DNA of 64,000 nucleotides from Candidatus Binatia bacterium. GTDB lineage: Bacteria; Desulfobacterota; Binatia; HRBIN30. A program made the position numbers and the translations under genes. Below, piece by piece: positions 11,426 to 20,543 of this stretch; position 1 is the first letter of the stretch; every line of letters begins with the position of its first letter. The notes beneath the pieces were generated by a model. It was not told where the DNA came from, made no database searches, and worked only from the letters and a program-made list of their open reading frames with translations. The stretch lies in the NCBI GenBank assembly GCA_038245295.1, contig JBBRSP010000019.1:1-64000 (forward strand), written 5' to 3'.

Positions 11426-13488
11426 GGCAGGCCGCCGGCATACACGGCGCGGAGATTGCCCGGCACGCGACGTGGCCGTGGGGCATGTTGTTGCTGCTGC
11501 TCCTGCTGCCGTCGATTAGTCATGCCGACTGGCAGGAGTTCATCCCAAGACCATTCGAGAACGGCGCCTTCCTAGACGGCTACGCGTCGTTCGAACGCGA
11601 TCATTCGCAAAGCCATGGAAACCATACGCGCTGGGAGGACCTGTTCTTCCGCGAGAAGCTGACTCTGTTCTCGCAAGGCTACTCGTACCACCCGCGCTTT
11701 CTGCAATATCGCTTCTCCATCGCCGGCGCCCAGGGACAAGAGAGCTACACGTCCACCAGTCTCGGCTCACGCGGCTGGCACAACCAGTCGGGCCTCGAGT
11801 ACGACGCGACACTCTTCGTACTGCCCGAGCATGTCTACAACATGGAAGTCTACGCCCGTCGCTACGAACCACTGTTCAAGGAGCAAGCGGCGACGCAACA
11901 CGGCAACGTCGACAATCGCCGCGGCTTCGACTTCCGCTATCGTGATAAACCCTACTTCGCGCACGTCGGCTTCCTCGACAACTCCGTCGAGTCCGGCGGG
12001 CGCACGTCCAACATCGACCGCCTCAACGCCAACGGCGAGTACTTCAATCGTTTGGATAGCGGCAACGAGTTTTCGTTCACCGGCGGCGCCAATCCGGCGT
12101 GGTTCAACAATTCCCTCGGGCTCGACGGCAGCTCCGTCGAGTACCTCGCCGGCAACTACTTCAACCTCTCGAACATACCGTGGTGGGCTCCACCGGTGCG
12201 CCTGACCTCTACCGTCACCCAGAGCGAATACGAGCAGCACGGCACATCCGCCGGTGATCTGAAGAGTGATCAGTTCGTCTGGTACGAGTGGCTCACCGTC
12301 ACACTGCCGTGGAATGCTCGCAGCGATGCCTACTATCGGCATCAAGACAACGATCGGACCAGCGATGGTCGCAAGCAGACCTATGGCAGCGAAGATCTCA
12401 AGGTCGATCTGATCCATCGCCTGTATGAAAGCCTCGATTCGATCTTCACCTTCCAGAACAACCAGCGCACGTCCTCGGGCGGCAAGTCGGATTCGACCAC
12501 TGAGGCATTGACCTTCAGCTACACGAAGCGGATCCCCGACGGTCGTATTCTCGTCGGCGCCAACGGCAGCACCAACACCACCGACAATCGCGGCCAGGTC
12601 GACGTCGTAAACGAATCGTTCTCCAGCTCGGTGCCGATGCTTCAACCCTACGTGCTCGGCCAGCAGAACGTCGACCCGAACAGCATCATCGTGTACGTCA
12701 AGTCGCCGCTCGAGCCGTTCGAATTGGTGTTGCTCGAGCCGTCGCAGTACACGATCGAGCCCTTGCAGAATACCTACGGTGTACGCGTCAACAGCCTGCC
12801 GCCTGATTTCGCCGTCACCGGCACCTTTGAGTTTCTCGTGTCTTACTCCTACTCGGGTGAGTTCTCGCTGCGCACCAACACCCTCGGCACCAACGCCAGC
12901 GTCGAGCTTCTCAACGGCCTGGTCACTCCGTATGGAGCCTTCTCGGCTGTGCGCTCGGATGTTCTGAGCGGCACCTTCCCCGGCGTGCCGGTGGATGCAA
13001 ACACCTACACCGCCGGCACACTCCTGCGTTACGCCGGATTCCAGCTACGCGGCGAGTACCAGTACCTTCAGTGGGATGTCAGCCCGTACGAGTTGTGGAA
13101 GGCCGAACTGCAGTATGTTCAGAGCCTGACCGACACAACGAGCGTTTACGGCGCCGCCGCCTACACCAACCGGCACTACCCGCGAGGCCCGTCGATCTAT
13201 GAGCGCACGGCGTTCACCGAAGAAACCGAAACCGTCACCGGCAGCATCCAGCAGGAGTTGTTTTCGCGTGATCTGCGCATCTCTGTGGGTGGGTCCTATT
13301 CCGCCATCCAGGGTCTCGTGGATAGTGAAGGCTACTCGATCAACTCGACGCTGCTGTGGCATGTCGGCAAAGTCGATCTCACGGTCGGCGCCCGCGCCTA
13401 CGATACAACTTCGACGTCCGGCCCGACGACCAGCACCGAGCGGGATCACCAGTTCGTCTACCTCAACCTGCGGCGGCGGCTCTTCTGA
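11422..13488 (+). CDS. Outer-membrane beta-barrel protein (putative porin of a porin-cytochrome conduit)
   Basis: Signal peptide ending SHA; aromatic/polar alternating strands throughout; C-terminal Phe (YLNLRRRLF); ATGA-coupled to upstream cytochrome. Confidence 0.75.
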   Translation: MRQAAGIHGAEIARHATWPWGMLLLLLLLPSISHADWQEFIPRPFENGAFLDGYASFERDHSQSHGNHTRWEDLFFREKLTLFSQGYSYHPRFLQYRFSIAGAQGQESYTSTSLGSRGWHNQSGLEYDATLFVLPEHVYNMEVYARRYEPLFKEQAATQHGNVDNRRGFDFRYRDKPYFAHVGFLDNSVESGGRTSNIDRLNANGEYFNRLDSGNEFSFTGGANPAWFNNSLGLDGSSVEYLAGNYFNLSNIPWWAPPVRLTSTVTQSEYEQHGTSAGDLKSDQFVWYEWLTVTLPWNARSDAYYRHQDNDRTSDGRKQTYGSEDLKVDLIHRLYESLDSIFTFQNNQRTSSGGKSDSTTEALTFSYTKRIPDGRILVGANGSTNTTDNRGQVDVVNESFSSSVPMLQPYVLGQQNVDPNSIIVYVKSPLEPFELVLLEPSQYTIEPLQNTYGVRVNSLPPDFAVTGTFEFLVSYSYSGEFSLRTNTLGTNASVELLNGLVTPYGAFSAVRSDVLSGTFPGVPVDANTYTAGTLLRYAGFQLRGEYQYLQWDVSPYELWKAELQYVQSLTDTTSVYGAAAYTNRHYPRGPSIYERTAFTEETETVTGSIQQELFSRDLRISVGGSYSAIQGLVDSEGYSINSTLLWHVGKVDLTVGARAYDTTSTSGPTTSTERDHQFVYLNLRRRLF

Positions 13489-14675
13489 TGACCACACCAC
13501 GCGCACAGGGCCGCCGTCGCAGTCTAAAGCCTGCGCCTACCATCCTGGATCGGCAGGCTGAGTGGAGACCGGTAGGCGCAGGCTTCAGCCTGCGGTCAGC
13601 TGAGCGTCGCTTCGATCTTCGCAGCGGGCTGCAGCTTGCGGGGCGCCTCCTTCTTCTCCTCTTCGTCTGCTCGGCAAGCGCCTGCACCTCGACCTGGACC
13701 GTGCACTCGACCCTGTCGCCGGTTCCTCTGCAGTGGCCCTACGCGCCGCATCCGCCGAAGCTGAGCTTCGTGCAATCGTTCAACGGTTTTGCGCCCGTGA
13801 TGGACGGTCGCCGTGTGTTGCGCGCCGTCGTCTTCGGCAGCGACGCCGAGGAGCGCGACGCGTTCGTTCTGCCGGTCGCCGTCGCCGTTGGTGGTGACGG
13901 GCGCATCGCCGTCGCCGATCTCGGCCGCCATTGTGTGCACGTCTATCTGCCGGCGACGCAACAGTACTCGCGCCTCTGCGGCAGTGGCGCCACCACCATG
14001 GTGTCGCCGGTCGGGGTGGTCTTCGACGACCAACTGCGCCTTTACGTTGCCGACTCGAGCGGCAAGCTGTTTCGTTTCGCGGCCGATGGTACTCCCATGG
14101 ACGTCGTGGTGAGTGCCGGCAACGACGCGCTCCAGCGCCCAACCGGCCTCGCCTTCAGCCCGCGCGCTCAGTTGCTCTATGTCGTCGATACGCTGGCGCA
14201 TCGGGTCTTCGCCTTACGGCCCAGCGGCGAGCTCGCCTTCTCGTTTGGCGCACGCGGCGAAGCGCCGGGCGAGTTCAACTTTCCGACCCATATCTTCCGC
14301 GCCACGTCGGGAGATCTCTACGTCACCGACGCGCTCAATTTCCGCGTCGAGGTCTTCGACGAGCACGGTAAACCACGCGGCGCCTTTGGCCATCACGGCG
14401 ACGGCTCCGGTGATTTGGCGATGCCAAAGGGATTGGCGGCAGACGGCGGCGGCGTCATCTATGTGGCCGACGCGATCTTCGACAACGTTCAGTTATTCGA
14501 TGGCGACGGCAAGTTCCTCCTGACACTGGGACAGCGTGGCGTCGATCTCGGTGAGTTCTGGTTGCCGGCGGGGCTGTTCATCGACGCACAAGGTCAACTG
14601 TATGTTTGTGACACCTACAACCACCGTATTCAGGTGTTTCAGATCAGCGAGGGCTATGGCCATGCCGCGTCGTGA
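13488..14675 (+). CDS. NHL-repeat beta-propeller lipoprotein (second paralog)
   Basis: TGATG coupling to the barrel gene; lipobox SASAC; NHL repeats LPVAVAV, SPVGVVFD, RPTGLAF, FPTHIF, MPKGLAAD, LPAGLFID. Confidence 0.85.
   Translation: MTTPRAQGRRRSLKPAPTILDRQAEWRPVGAGFSLRSAERRFDLRSGLQLAGRLLLLLFVCSASACTSTWTVHSTLSPVPLQWPYAPHPPKLSFVQSFNGFAPVMDGRRVLRAVVFGSDAEERDAFVLPVAVAVGGDGRIAVADLGRHCVHVYLPATQQYSRLCGSGATTMVSPVGVVFDDQLRLYVADSSGKLFRFAADGTPMDVVVSAGNDALQRPTGLAFSPRAQLLYVVDTLAHRVFALRPSGELAFSFGARGEAPGEFNFPTHIFRATSGDLYVTDALNFRVEVFDEHGKPRGAFGHHGDGSGDLAMPKGLAADGGGVIYVADAIFDNVQLFDGDGKFLLTLGQRGVDLGEFWLPAGLFIDAQGQLYVCDTYNHRIQVFQISEGYGHAAS
13518..13606. repeat. REPIN within the 5' end of the NHL gene
   Basis: cgcagtctaaagcctgcgcctacc (13518-13541) and ggtaggcgcaggcttcagcctgcg (13571-13594) followed by gtcagctgagcg. 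Confidence 0.85.
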
Positions 14676-16509
14676 AACCTTCGCCTATTCTCTGCTGTGC
14701 GTGATCACGGCGCTCCTCTGTCTCGGTGGCACGCGCGCCGCAGCGCAGACGACGCATACCCCGAGCGACATGGTCCTGACCAAACACAACCTGTCGATCA
14801 GCGGTCGCGGCTCGATCCGCGCGCTGACGGAGACGCGCATCTGCGTGTTCTGCCACACGCCGCACAACGCCACGCCCCTGTCGCCGCTGTGGAACAAAGA
14901 ATTGGAGCCGCGGATCTACGCGGTCTACGCCAGTCCGACGCTGCGCTCGGGGCCGCTGCCACAACCATCCGGAGCGACCAAGCTGTGTCTGAGCTGTCAC
15001 GACGGCACGATCGCCCTCGGCGCCGTGATCAACCCGGCTGGTGGCATCACCATCGGCGGTGCGACGACGATCCCACCGGGCAGTCTGTCCAACTTCGGCC
15101 TCGACCTGTCGGGCCACCATCCGGTGTCCTTCCGCTACAGCACGGCTCTGCCGAACACCGAGCTGGTATCATCGCCGCCGCCGGAGTTGGTCTACGGGGC
15201 GAACGACGAAGTGCATTGCACGACGTGTCACGACCCGCACAACGACACCTATGGACGCTTCCTGTTGAAGGACAATCGCTTCTCGGCGCTGTGCATCACA
15301 TGCCACCAGATGAATGGCTGGAGCGGCTCGGCACACGCGACATCGACACAGTCGGTGGTCGGCATTCTACCGCGACCGCCGAAGACGTGGCCGAACTATA
15401 CGCAGCTGGGAGAATGGGGCTGCGAGACCTGTCATACGCCACACTTTGCGCCCACCGCCGAAGAGTTGCTCAACTTCACGACGTCGGCCGCCGAGCCGTT
15501 CTCCTGCACCGACGCGCGTTGCCACGGGGCGCAGTCACCACCATTCCACACGACCAGCGCGGCGCCATCACACGTGCTGGCGCGGACACAGACACGCGGC
15601 GCCACCGATATCGCGCGGCAGATGCGCAAGCTGTCGGCACATCACGAAGATCCAAGCGGCGCCGGGCACAGTGCCCGCGTTCCGGCGGCACAGTCGGGCG
15701 TGCGCAGCGTCGTTTGTGCGGACTGCCATAACCCACACGGTATCCGCAGCGAGAGTGCGGCGGCACCGTATGTGTCGGGTATGCTCGGTGGCGCCAGCGG
15801 CGTCGATCGCAATGGCGCGCCTGTCGAGTCGGCAACCTTCGAATACGAGGTCTGCTTCAAGTGCCACGGCGACAATGCGCCCGACTTTGCGTTCGTGCCG
15901 CGCGTCGTCAACGGTGCCAACCTGCGTCTGGCCTTTGACGCGAGCAATGCATCGTTCCACCCCGTCGTGTCGATGGGCAAGAACCCGAACGTCCCCAGCA
16001 TCCCGTCGGCGCTCGATCCGACGATGAGCCCGTTCGAACAGATCTACTGCACCGCCTGCCACGCCGACGACGAAGGATCATCACACGGGCCGCACGGCTC
16101 GGCGTACGCGCCGATCCTGAAGGAACGATATGAGACCGCCGACGGCACATCGGAGAGCTACGACAACTACGCACTGTGCTATCGCTGCCACGACCGCAAC
16201 AGCATTCTGCGCGATGTCAGCTTTCGCAAGAAGACGACGCACACGTCGCCCTCGGGCGGCGGCCATGCAGGACATCTGGCGGCCGGCGCGCCGTGCTCAG
16301 CCTGCCACGATGCCCATGGCGTCAACGACAGCGGCGTCGCGGCGATGGGGAACACGGGTTCACACACACATCTGATCAACTTCGATACACGCATCGTGCT
16401 GCCGAAGGCCGGCGCCACGGTCCCGATCTTCACCGACAACGGAGAGTTTGCTGGAAGCTGCAGCCTGGTCTGCCACGGAGTCGCCCATGACAACGCATCG
16501 TACCCCTGA
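14656..16509 (+). CDS. Multiheme cytochrome c (10 CxxCH + CX4CH + CX3CH) with N-terminal OmcE-like domain
   Basis: Signal peptide; TKHNLS...CVFCHTPHN...PLWN...CLSCHDG...DLSGHHPVSF...CTTCHDPH...ALCITCH, then 8 more heme motifs. Confidence 0.9.
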   Translation: MAMPRRETFAYSLLCVITALLCLGGTRAAAQTTHTPSDMVLTKHNLSISGRGSIRALTETRICVFCHTPHNATPLSPLWNKELEPRIYAVYASPTLRSGPLPQPSGATKLCLSCHDGTIALGAVINPAGGITIGGATTIPPGSLSNFGLDLSGHHPVSFRYSTALPNTELVSSPPPELVYGANDEVHCTTCHDPHNDTYGRFLLKDNRFSALCITCHQMNGWSGSAHATSTQSVVGILPRPPKTWPNYTQLGEWGCETCHTPHFAPTAEELLNFTTSAAEPFSCTDARCHGAQSPPFHTTSAAPSHVLARTQTRGATDIARQMRKLSAHHEDPSGAGHSARVPAAQSGVRSVVCADCHNPHGIRSESAAAPYVSGMLGGASGVDRNGAPVESATFEYEVCFKCHGDNAPDFAFVPRVVNGANLRLAFDASNASFHPVVSMGKNPNVPSIPSALDPTMSPFEQIYCTACHADDEGSSHGPHGSAYAPILKERYETADGTSESYDNYALCYRCHDRNSILRDVSFRKKTTHTSPSGGGHAGHLAAGAPCSACHDAHGVNDSGVAAMGNTGSHTHLINFDTRIVLPKAGATVPIFTDNGEFAGSCSLVCHGVAHDNASYP

Positions 16510-16516
16510 GACAGCA

Positions 16517-17827
16517 ATGGTCGCGATCAACACACACATGCCGTTCGAGAACCGACGCCGGTGGCTGCCGCTTGCCGTCGTGGCGCTAACGGTGATGGCA
16601 TGGCCGGCACTCGGATTCGCCGCCGACAGCTGCATCACGCAGGCCTGCCACGTCACCTTGCTCAAGCCCGAAAACAACCATGCCGTGGCTGACACCTGCG
16701 AGATCTGTCATGCGCCGGCGGAAGGCACACATCCGACCAAGGGCAAGAAGACGATCAAGTTGCTCAAGGACATGCCGGAGCTGTGTTACGGCTGCCACGA
16801 CGCCTTCGGGAAGAAGAAGTTCGTCCACTTCCCGGTGGAGAACACCGAGTGCACGACGTGCCACAATCCGCACGCCTCGGCCCAACCGAAGTTGCTCCTG
16901 CAACCGATGAAGGAACTGTGCCTGTCGTGCCATGAGGACCTCTTGAAGAACGTGACACATCCGCACGGGCCGGTGGCGACGGGCGCCTGCACCTCGTGTC
17001 ACGATCCGCACGAATCCAATCGCAAGAAGCTCGTGCTCAAGGACGACGAGGAGCTGTGCACGGGTTGCCATCTGGACATGAAGGAAACGCTGAAGAAGAG
17101 CACCGTGCATCCGGCGCTCGCGGCGGGTTGCACGGCGTGCCACCACCCGCACGGCACGAGTCATCCGAAGCTTCTGGACAAGGAAGGGCCGGCAGTCTGC
17201 TTTGAATGTCATTCCGACATCGAGAAGATCGTCACGACGTCGCCCGTGCAGCACGGCGCTCTCAAACAGAAGGGTTGCGTTTCGTGTCACTCGCCGCACG
17301 CCAGCGACAACAAGGCGATGTTACTGGCGACACCGAAGGACACTTGCCTGGCCTGTCACGACAAGGTGATCTCGAAGAAGATGAGTGTGCTGCACGGCAA
17401 GGACCATGATGGCGATTGCACGACATGCCACAATCCACACGGTAGCGAACGCGGCAAGCTGTTGGCCGGAGAATTCCCGACGACGCCCTACGTGGCGTAC
17501 ACCGACAGCGAGTTCGGCCTGTGCTTCAAATGTCACAAGCGCGAGTTGCTGCAATATCCGGAAACCTCATTCGCGACGGAATTCCGCGACGGTGATCGCA
17601 ACCTGCATTTCCTGCACGTCAACAACAAGGAGAAGGGACGCAGCTGCATCCTGTGTCACAGCCTGCACGGCAGCAACAATCCAAAGCTGATCGCCGATAG
17701 CGTGCCGTTCGGCCAGTGGAGCCTACCGCTCAAGTTCGCCAAGACCGAGACCGGTGGCAGCTGCGCCCCCGGGTGTCACAAGGCCCTGGAGTACGATCGC
17801 AAGAGCGCCAAGAACAAGAAGCACTGA
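16517..17827 (+). CDS. Periplasmic multiheme cytochrome c (13 CxxCH + CX4CH + CX3CH), paired-CxxCH repeats
   Basis: Signal peptide ending GFA; repeats H-x-P...CxxCHxPHxS...LL...LCxxCH; Lys-rich. Confidence 0.9.
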   Translation: MVAINTHMPFENRRRWLPLAVVALTVMAWPALGFAADSCITQACHVTLLKPENNHAVADTCEICHAPAEGTHPTKGKKTIKLLKDMPELCYGCHDAFGKKKFVHFPVENTECTTCHNPHASAQPKLLLQPMKELCLSCHEDLLKNVTHPHGPVATGACTSCHDPHESNRKKLVLKDDEELCTGCHLDMKETLKKSTVHPALAAGCTACHHPHGTSHPKLLDKEGPAVCFECHSDIEKIVTTSPVQHGALKQKGCVSCHSPHASDNKAMLLATPKDTCLACHDKVISKKMSVLHGKDHDGDCTTCHNPHGSERGKLLAGEFPTTPYVAYTDSEFGLCFKCHKRELLQYPETSFATEFRDGDRNLHFLHVNNKEKGRSCILCHSLHGSNNPKLIADSVPFGQWSLPLKFAKTETGGSCAPGCHKALEYDRKSAKNKKH

Positions 17828-17864
17828 AACAGCGTCCCCGTCATCCCGATCAAGGGTCAACCTC

Positions 17865-17987
17865 CGCTCAGCTCACCGCAGGCTGAAGCCTGCGCCTACC
17901 ACGGTGACTACGCTGGCGAATTGGAAACCGGTAGGCGCAGGCTTCAGCCTGCGGAGTCCTCCAACGCGAATTGCCTTACAAAGCCTC
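17865..17987. repeat. ~125-bp REPIN/MITE-like element
   Basis: cgctcagctcac-REP-spacer-REP-...gaattgccttacaaagcctc; near-identical inverted copy at 55927-56049. Confidence 0.85.
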
Positions 17988-18016
17988 CTGAGCTTGTCGA
18001 AGGACGAAGGGTGAGC
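17987..18016. repeat. CTGAGCTTGTCGAAG-family repeat half
   Basis: cctgagcttgtcgaaggacgaagggtgagc resembles the reverse complement of 12-34. Confidence 0.55.
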
Positions 18017-18030
18017 ATGAGTTTTGATTC

Positions 18031-18690
18031 TCACTTCTGCCGCACCGCCCGAACACCATACGGGATCGTCTTGAGAAAGCCGTTGGCGTAGCCGTAGTTG
18101 AAGTCGACCGCCCATGCCGTATCCGGCAAGTCGGCCAGTGTCGGTGTCGCCCAGGCATAGTCGATATTCGTGCAGCTGCACGTCTCGACGTGGCATCCCG
18201 ACGTGCAGTCGTGGTTGAAGGCGGGGTCGATGGCCGGTGCAAAACGTGTGGCGTCGACGAGAGTCTCCAACTCGGAGACGGTCGGCAGGCGCCAGTCACA
18301 GTGGCCCGTAAAACACGGCGACGTGTTTAAACCGGCAAGGAAAACCGTGAAGGCGGTACCATCCATATCATTCGCGTTGGCGCTCCACGTGTAGGTCGTC
18401 AACTGATCGTGGATACTGTTGTCGTCGCTTTTCTTCTCCCACTGCAGACCGCTCTGTGTGTCACTGATCGTACCGTTGCCGTTGTCGACGAAACGCGGCC
18501 CTGGCGCCGGGCAATCGGAGAGCGCGTGGTTCACCGAAACGATGATCTCATCGATCGTTACCTGGCCGTCGTGATTGAAATCACCCTCGCAGGAGGCTTG
18601 CGCGCCGGCGCGGCTGGCGAGGGCGACGATGGACGCCGCGGTAAGAGCGATGATGACGGAGAACACAGTGCGTCTGTGGTATGCGTGCAT
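18031..18690 (-). CDS. Secreted DUF1566 (Lcl C-terminal) domain protein with N-terminal dockerin-like motif
   Basis: AGGGG RBS; signal peptide ending AGA; CEGDFNHDGQVTIDEII; RFVDNGNGTISDTQSGLQWEK...DWRLPTVSELETL...VRAVR. Confidence 0.9.
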   Translation of the reverse strand: MHAYHRRTVFSVIIALTAASIVALASRAGAQASCEGDFNHDGQVTIDEIIVSVNHALSDCPAPGPRFVDNGNGTISDTQSGLQWEKKSDDNSIHDQLTTYTWSANANDMDGTAFTVFLAGLNTSPCFTGHCDWRLPTVSELETLVDATRFAPAIDPAFNHDCTSGCHVETCSCTNIDYAWATPTLADLPDTAWAVDFNYGYANGFLKTIPYGVRAVRQK

Positions 18691-18806
18691 GGCGTTTCCC
18701 CTACCACAAATCGGAGGTCGGATCGCGTCACTCCGTGATGCCGGCGGAGGAATCTGCTTGTGTGAGCGGATTCGCAAACTTGGGCCACCGCCCGTGAAAC
18801 GTCGCC

Positions 18807-18831
18807 TTGACAAGCGATAGCAGTGCTATCA
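18807..18831 (+). promoter_or_regulatory. TA-operon promoter/operator: TTGACA -35 plus GATAGCA-G-TGCTATC palindrome
   Basis: TTGACA 18807-18812; perfect 7-bp-arm palindrome 18816-18830 just upstream of the antitoxin ATG. Confidence 0.7.
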
Positions 18832-18843
18832 GTCTGCACCCCG

Positions 18844-19083
18844 ATGGCCCAGCTTGTCGTCCGCAACATCGAGGATACCGTGGTATCACGTCTGCAGCGG
18901 CGCGCCGCTCGTCGGGGTGTCTCCGCCGAGGAAGAACACCGGCGCATTTTGCGCGATGCCCTCCTGCCGGCACCCGGCAACGCGGCGCGGACCTTGAAGG
19001 ACTATCTCCTCGAGATGCCGGGTGGGGGAGACGACGCGGCTTTCGTCCGACCGCAAGCAAGGGCCCGGCGGGTCCGCCTGTGA
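18844..19083 (+). CDS. FitA-like ribbon-helix-helix antitoxin
   Basis: MAQLVVRNIEDTVVSRLQRRAARRGVSAEEEHRRIL; GTGA overlap with PIN toxin. Confidence 0.88.
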   Translation: MAQLVVRNIEDTVVSRLQRRAARRGVSAEEEHRRILRDALLPAPGNAARTLKDYLLEMPGGGDDAAFVRPQARARRVRL

Positions 19084-19502
19084 GCGGCTACCTGCTCGAT
19101 ACAAACGTCATCTCCGAGCTGCGCAAAGGGCAGCGTTGCAACTCGAACGTGCGGCGTTGGTTCGAGCAAGTCGACTCGGGAGACATCTACCTCAGCGTTC
19201 TCGTACTCGGCGAGATCCGTCGCGGCATCGAGCTCATCCGTAGGCGTGACGGGATTACGGCTCGCCAACTCGACCGCTGGTTGAAGGGACTCGAGCGGCG
19301 TTTCGAGGAACGCGTCCTTCCCGTCGCTGCCGCCGTGTGCGACCGCTGGGGCCGCCTCGGTCTGACGCAGCCCATTCCGCCCATCGATGCGCTGCTCGCG
19401 GCAACCGCCGCGCAGCACGGTCTCACTTTGGTTACGCGCAACACGAGTCATCTGCAGCGCGCCGAGGTTGAGCTGTTCAACCCGTTTGATCCACCTCGGT
19501 AA
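19080..19502 (+). CDS. vapC: PIN-domain toxin (VapC/FitB)
   Basis: YLLDTNVISE, LSVLVLGEI, IDALLAATA...LVTRN...NPF. Confidence 0.93.
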   Translation: MSGYLLDTNVISELRKGQRCNSNVRRWFEQVDSGDIYLSVLVLGEIRRGIELIRRRDGITARQLDRWLKGLERRFEERVLPVAAAVCDRWGRLGLTQPIPPIDALLAATAAQHGLTLVTRNTSHLQRAEVELFNPFDPPR

Positions 19503-19679
19503 TCCCCCGCCTACGCCATCAACTGCGCCGTCGCCTGCGTTGGAATCGCGTCAACGGGAGACAGCCCAGCACAACGCGGGCGGAGGCAGGGGCGCGGGCA
19601 CGGGCGGGGGTTGTGTGACTCGCGCATCCGTTGCCGACCTCCCATTGAAGCCAGCACGCACTGTTGGCATAGGCAGCAC

Positions 19680-20474
19680 GTGCGCCGCATCCAGTTCTTC
19701 GAGTTCCCCGACTTGCCGTGGTTCCCGCAACTCTTGCGTGATGCGGAGACGGCCTACCTGACGCGCGCCGTATCGTTGACTGGAGATGCGCGACGGTTTG
19801 CGCCCAAAGTAAAAGAGGTCCTGGCAAAGACCGGCTGCGATCGCATCGTCGACTTGTGCAGCGGTGCCGCCGGACCGGTGGTGCAAGTGGCTCAAGAGTT
19901 GGTGAGGGAGAGGCAGGTTGTGGGAGTGACGGTTACGGACCTGCGGCCGAACGTGCCGGCGTTGGCGTTGGCTGTGTCAAAGGGCGGAGGTGCGATCATC
20001 GCTGCGGCGCAGCCGGTCGACGCCACGGCAGTCCCCAACGAGTTGCGGGGGTTACGCACCGTGTTCAACGCCTTCCATCACTTCGATCCGGTGCTGGCAC
20101 AACGAGTTCTCGCCGACGCCGTGCGCGCCCGCCAACCGATCGCCATCTTCGAGTTGGTCGAGCGCAGTCCCGCCGCATTCCTGGGGATGTTGCTGGCGCC
20201 GATCCTGTCGTTGTTCCTCGTTCCGACCTTGCGGCCGTTCCGTTGGGCCTGGCTGCCGCTCACCTATCTATTGCCGGTCATCCCATTCTTGATCGCTTTC
20301 GATGGAATCGTTTCGTGCCTGCGTATCTACTCGCCCGCTGAGCTACGCCAGCTGGTCGAGAGTCTCGGGGCTACCGACTACACCTGGGACATCGGGCAGA
20401 TCCAGATGACCGGACCGATCAAGGGGACGTATCTGGTCGGCTATCCGATGCCGTTCAGTCCGACTCAGGCGTAG
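19680..20474 (+). CDS. Class I SAM-dependent methyltransferase-like protein
   Basis: IVDLCSGAAGP motif I, VTDL, VDAT, FNAFHHF; GTG start inferred. Confidence 0.8.
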   Translation: MRRIQFFEFPDLPWFPQLLRDAETAYLTRAVSLTGDARRFAPKVKEVLAKTGCDRIVDLCSGAAGPVVQVAQELVRERQVVGVTVTDLRPNVPALALAVSKGGGAIIAAAQPVDATAVPNELRGLRTVFNAFHHFDPVLAQRVLADAVRARQPIAIFELVERSPAAFLGMLLAPILSLFLVPTLRPFRWAWLPLTYLLPVIPFLIAFDGIVSCLRIYSPAELRQLVESLGATDYTWDIGQIQMTGPIKGTYLVGYPMPFSPTQA

Positions 20475-20543
20475 GCGGGGGCGAGGGGGGGGATTCCACA
20501 GCTTCTGATTGACTTCTCGTCTCCGCGGCGTAGGGTCGCGCGC

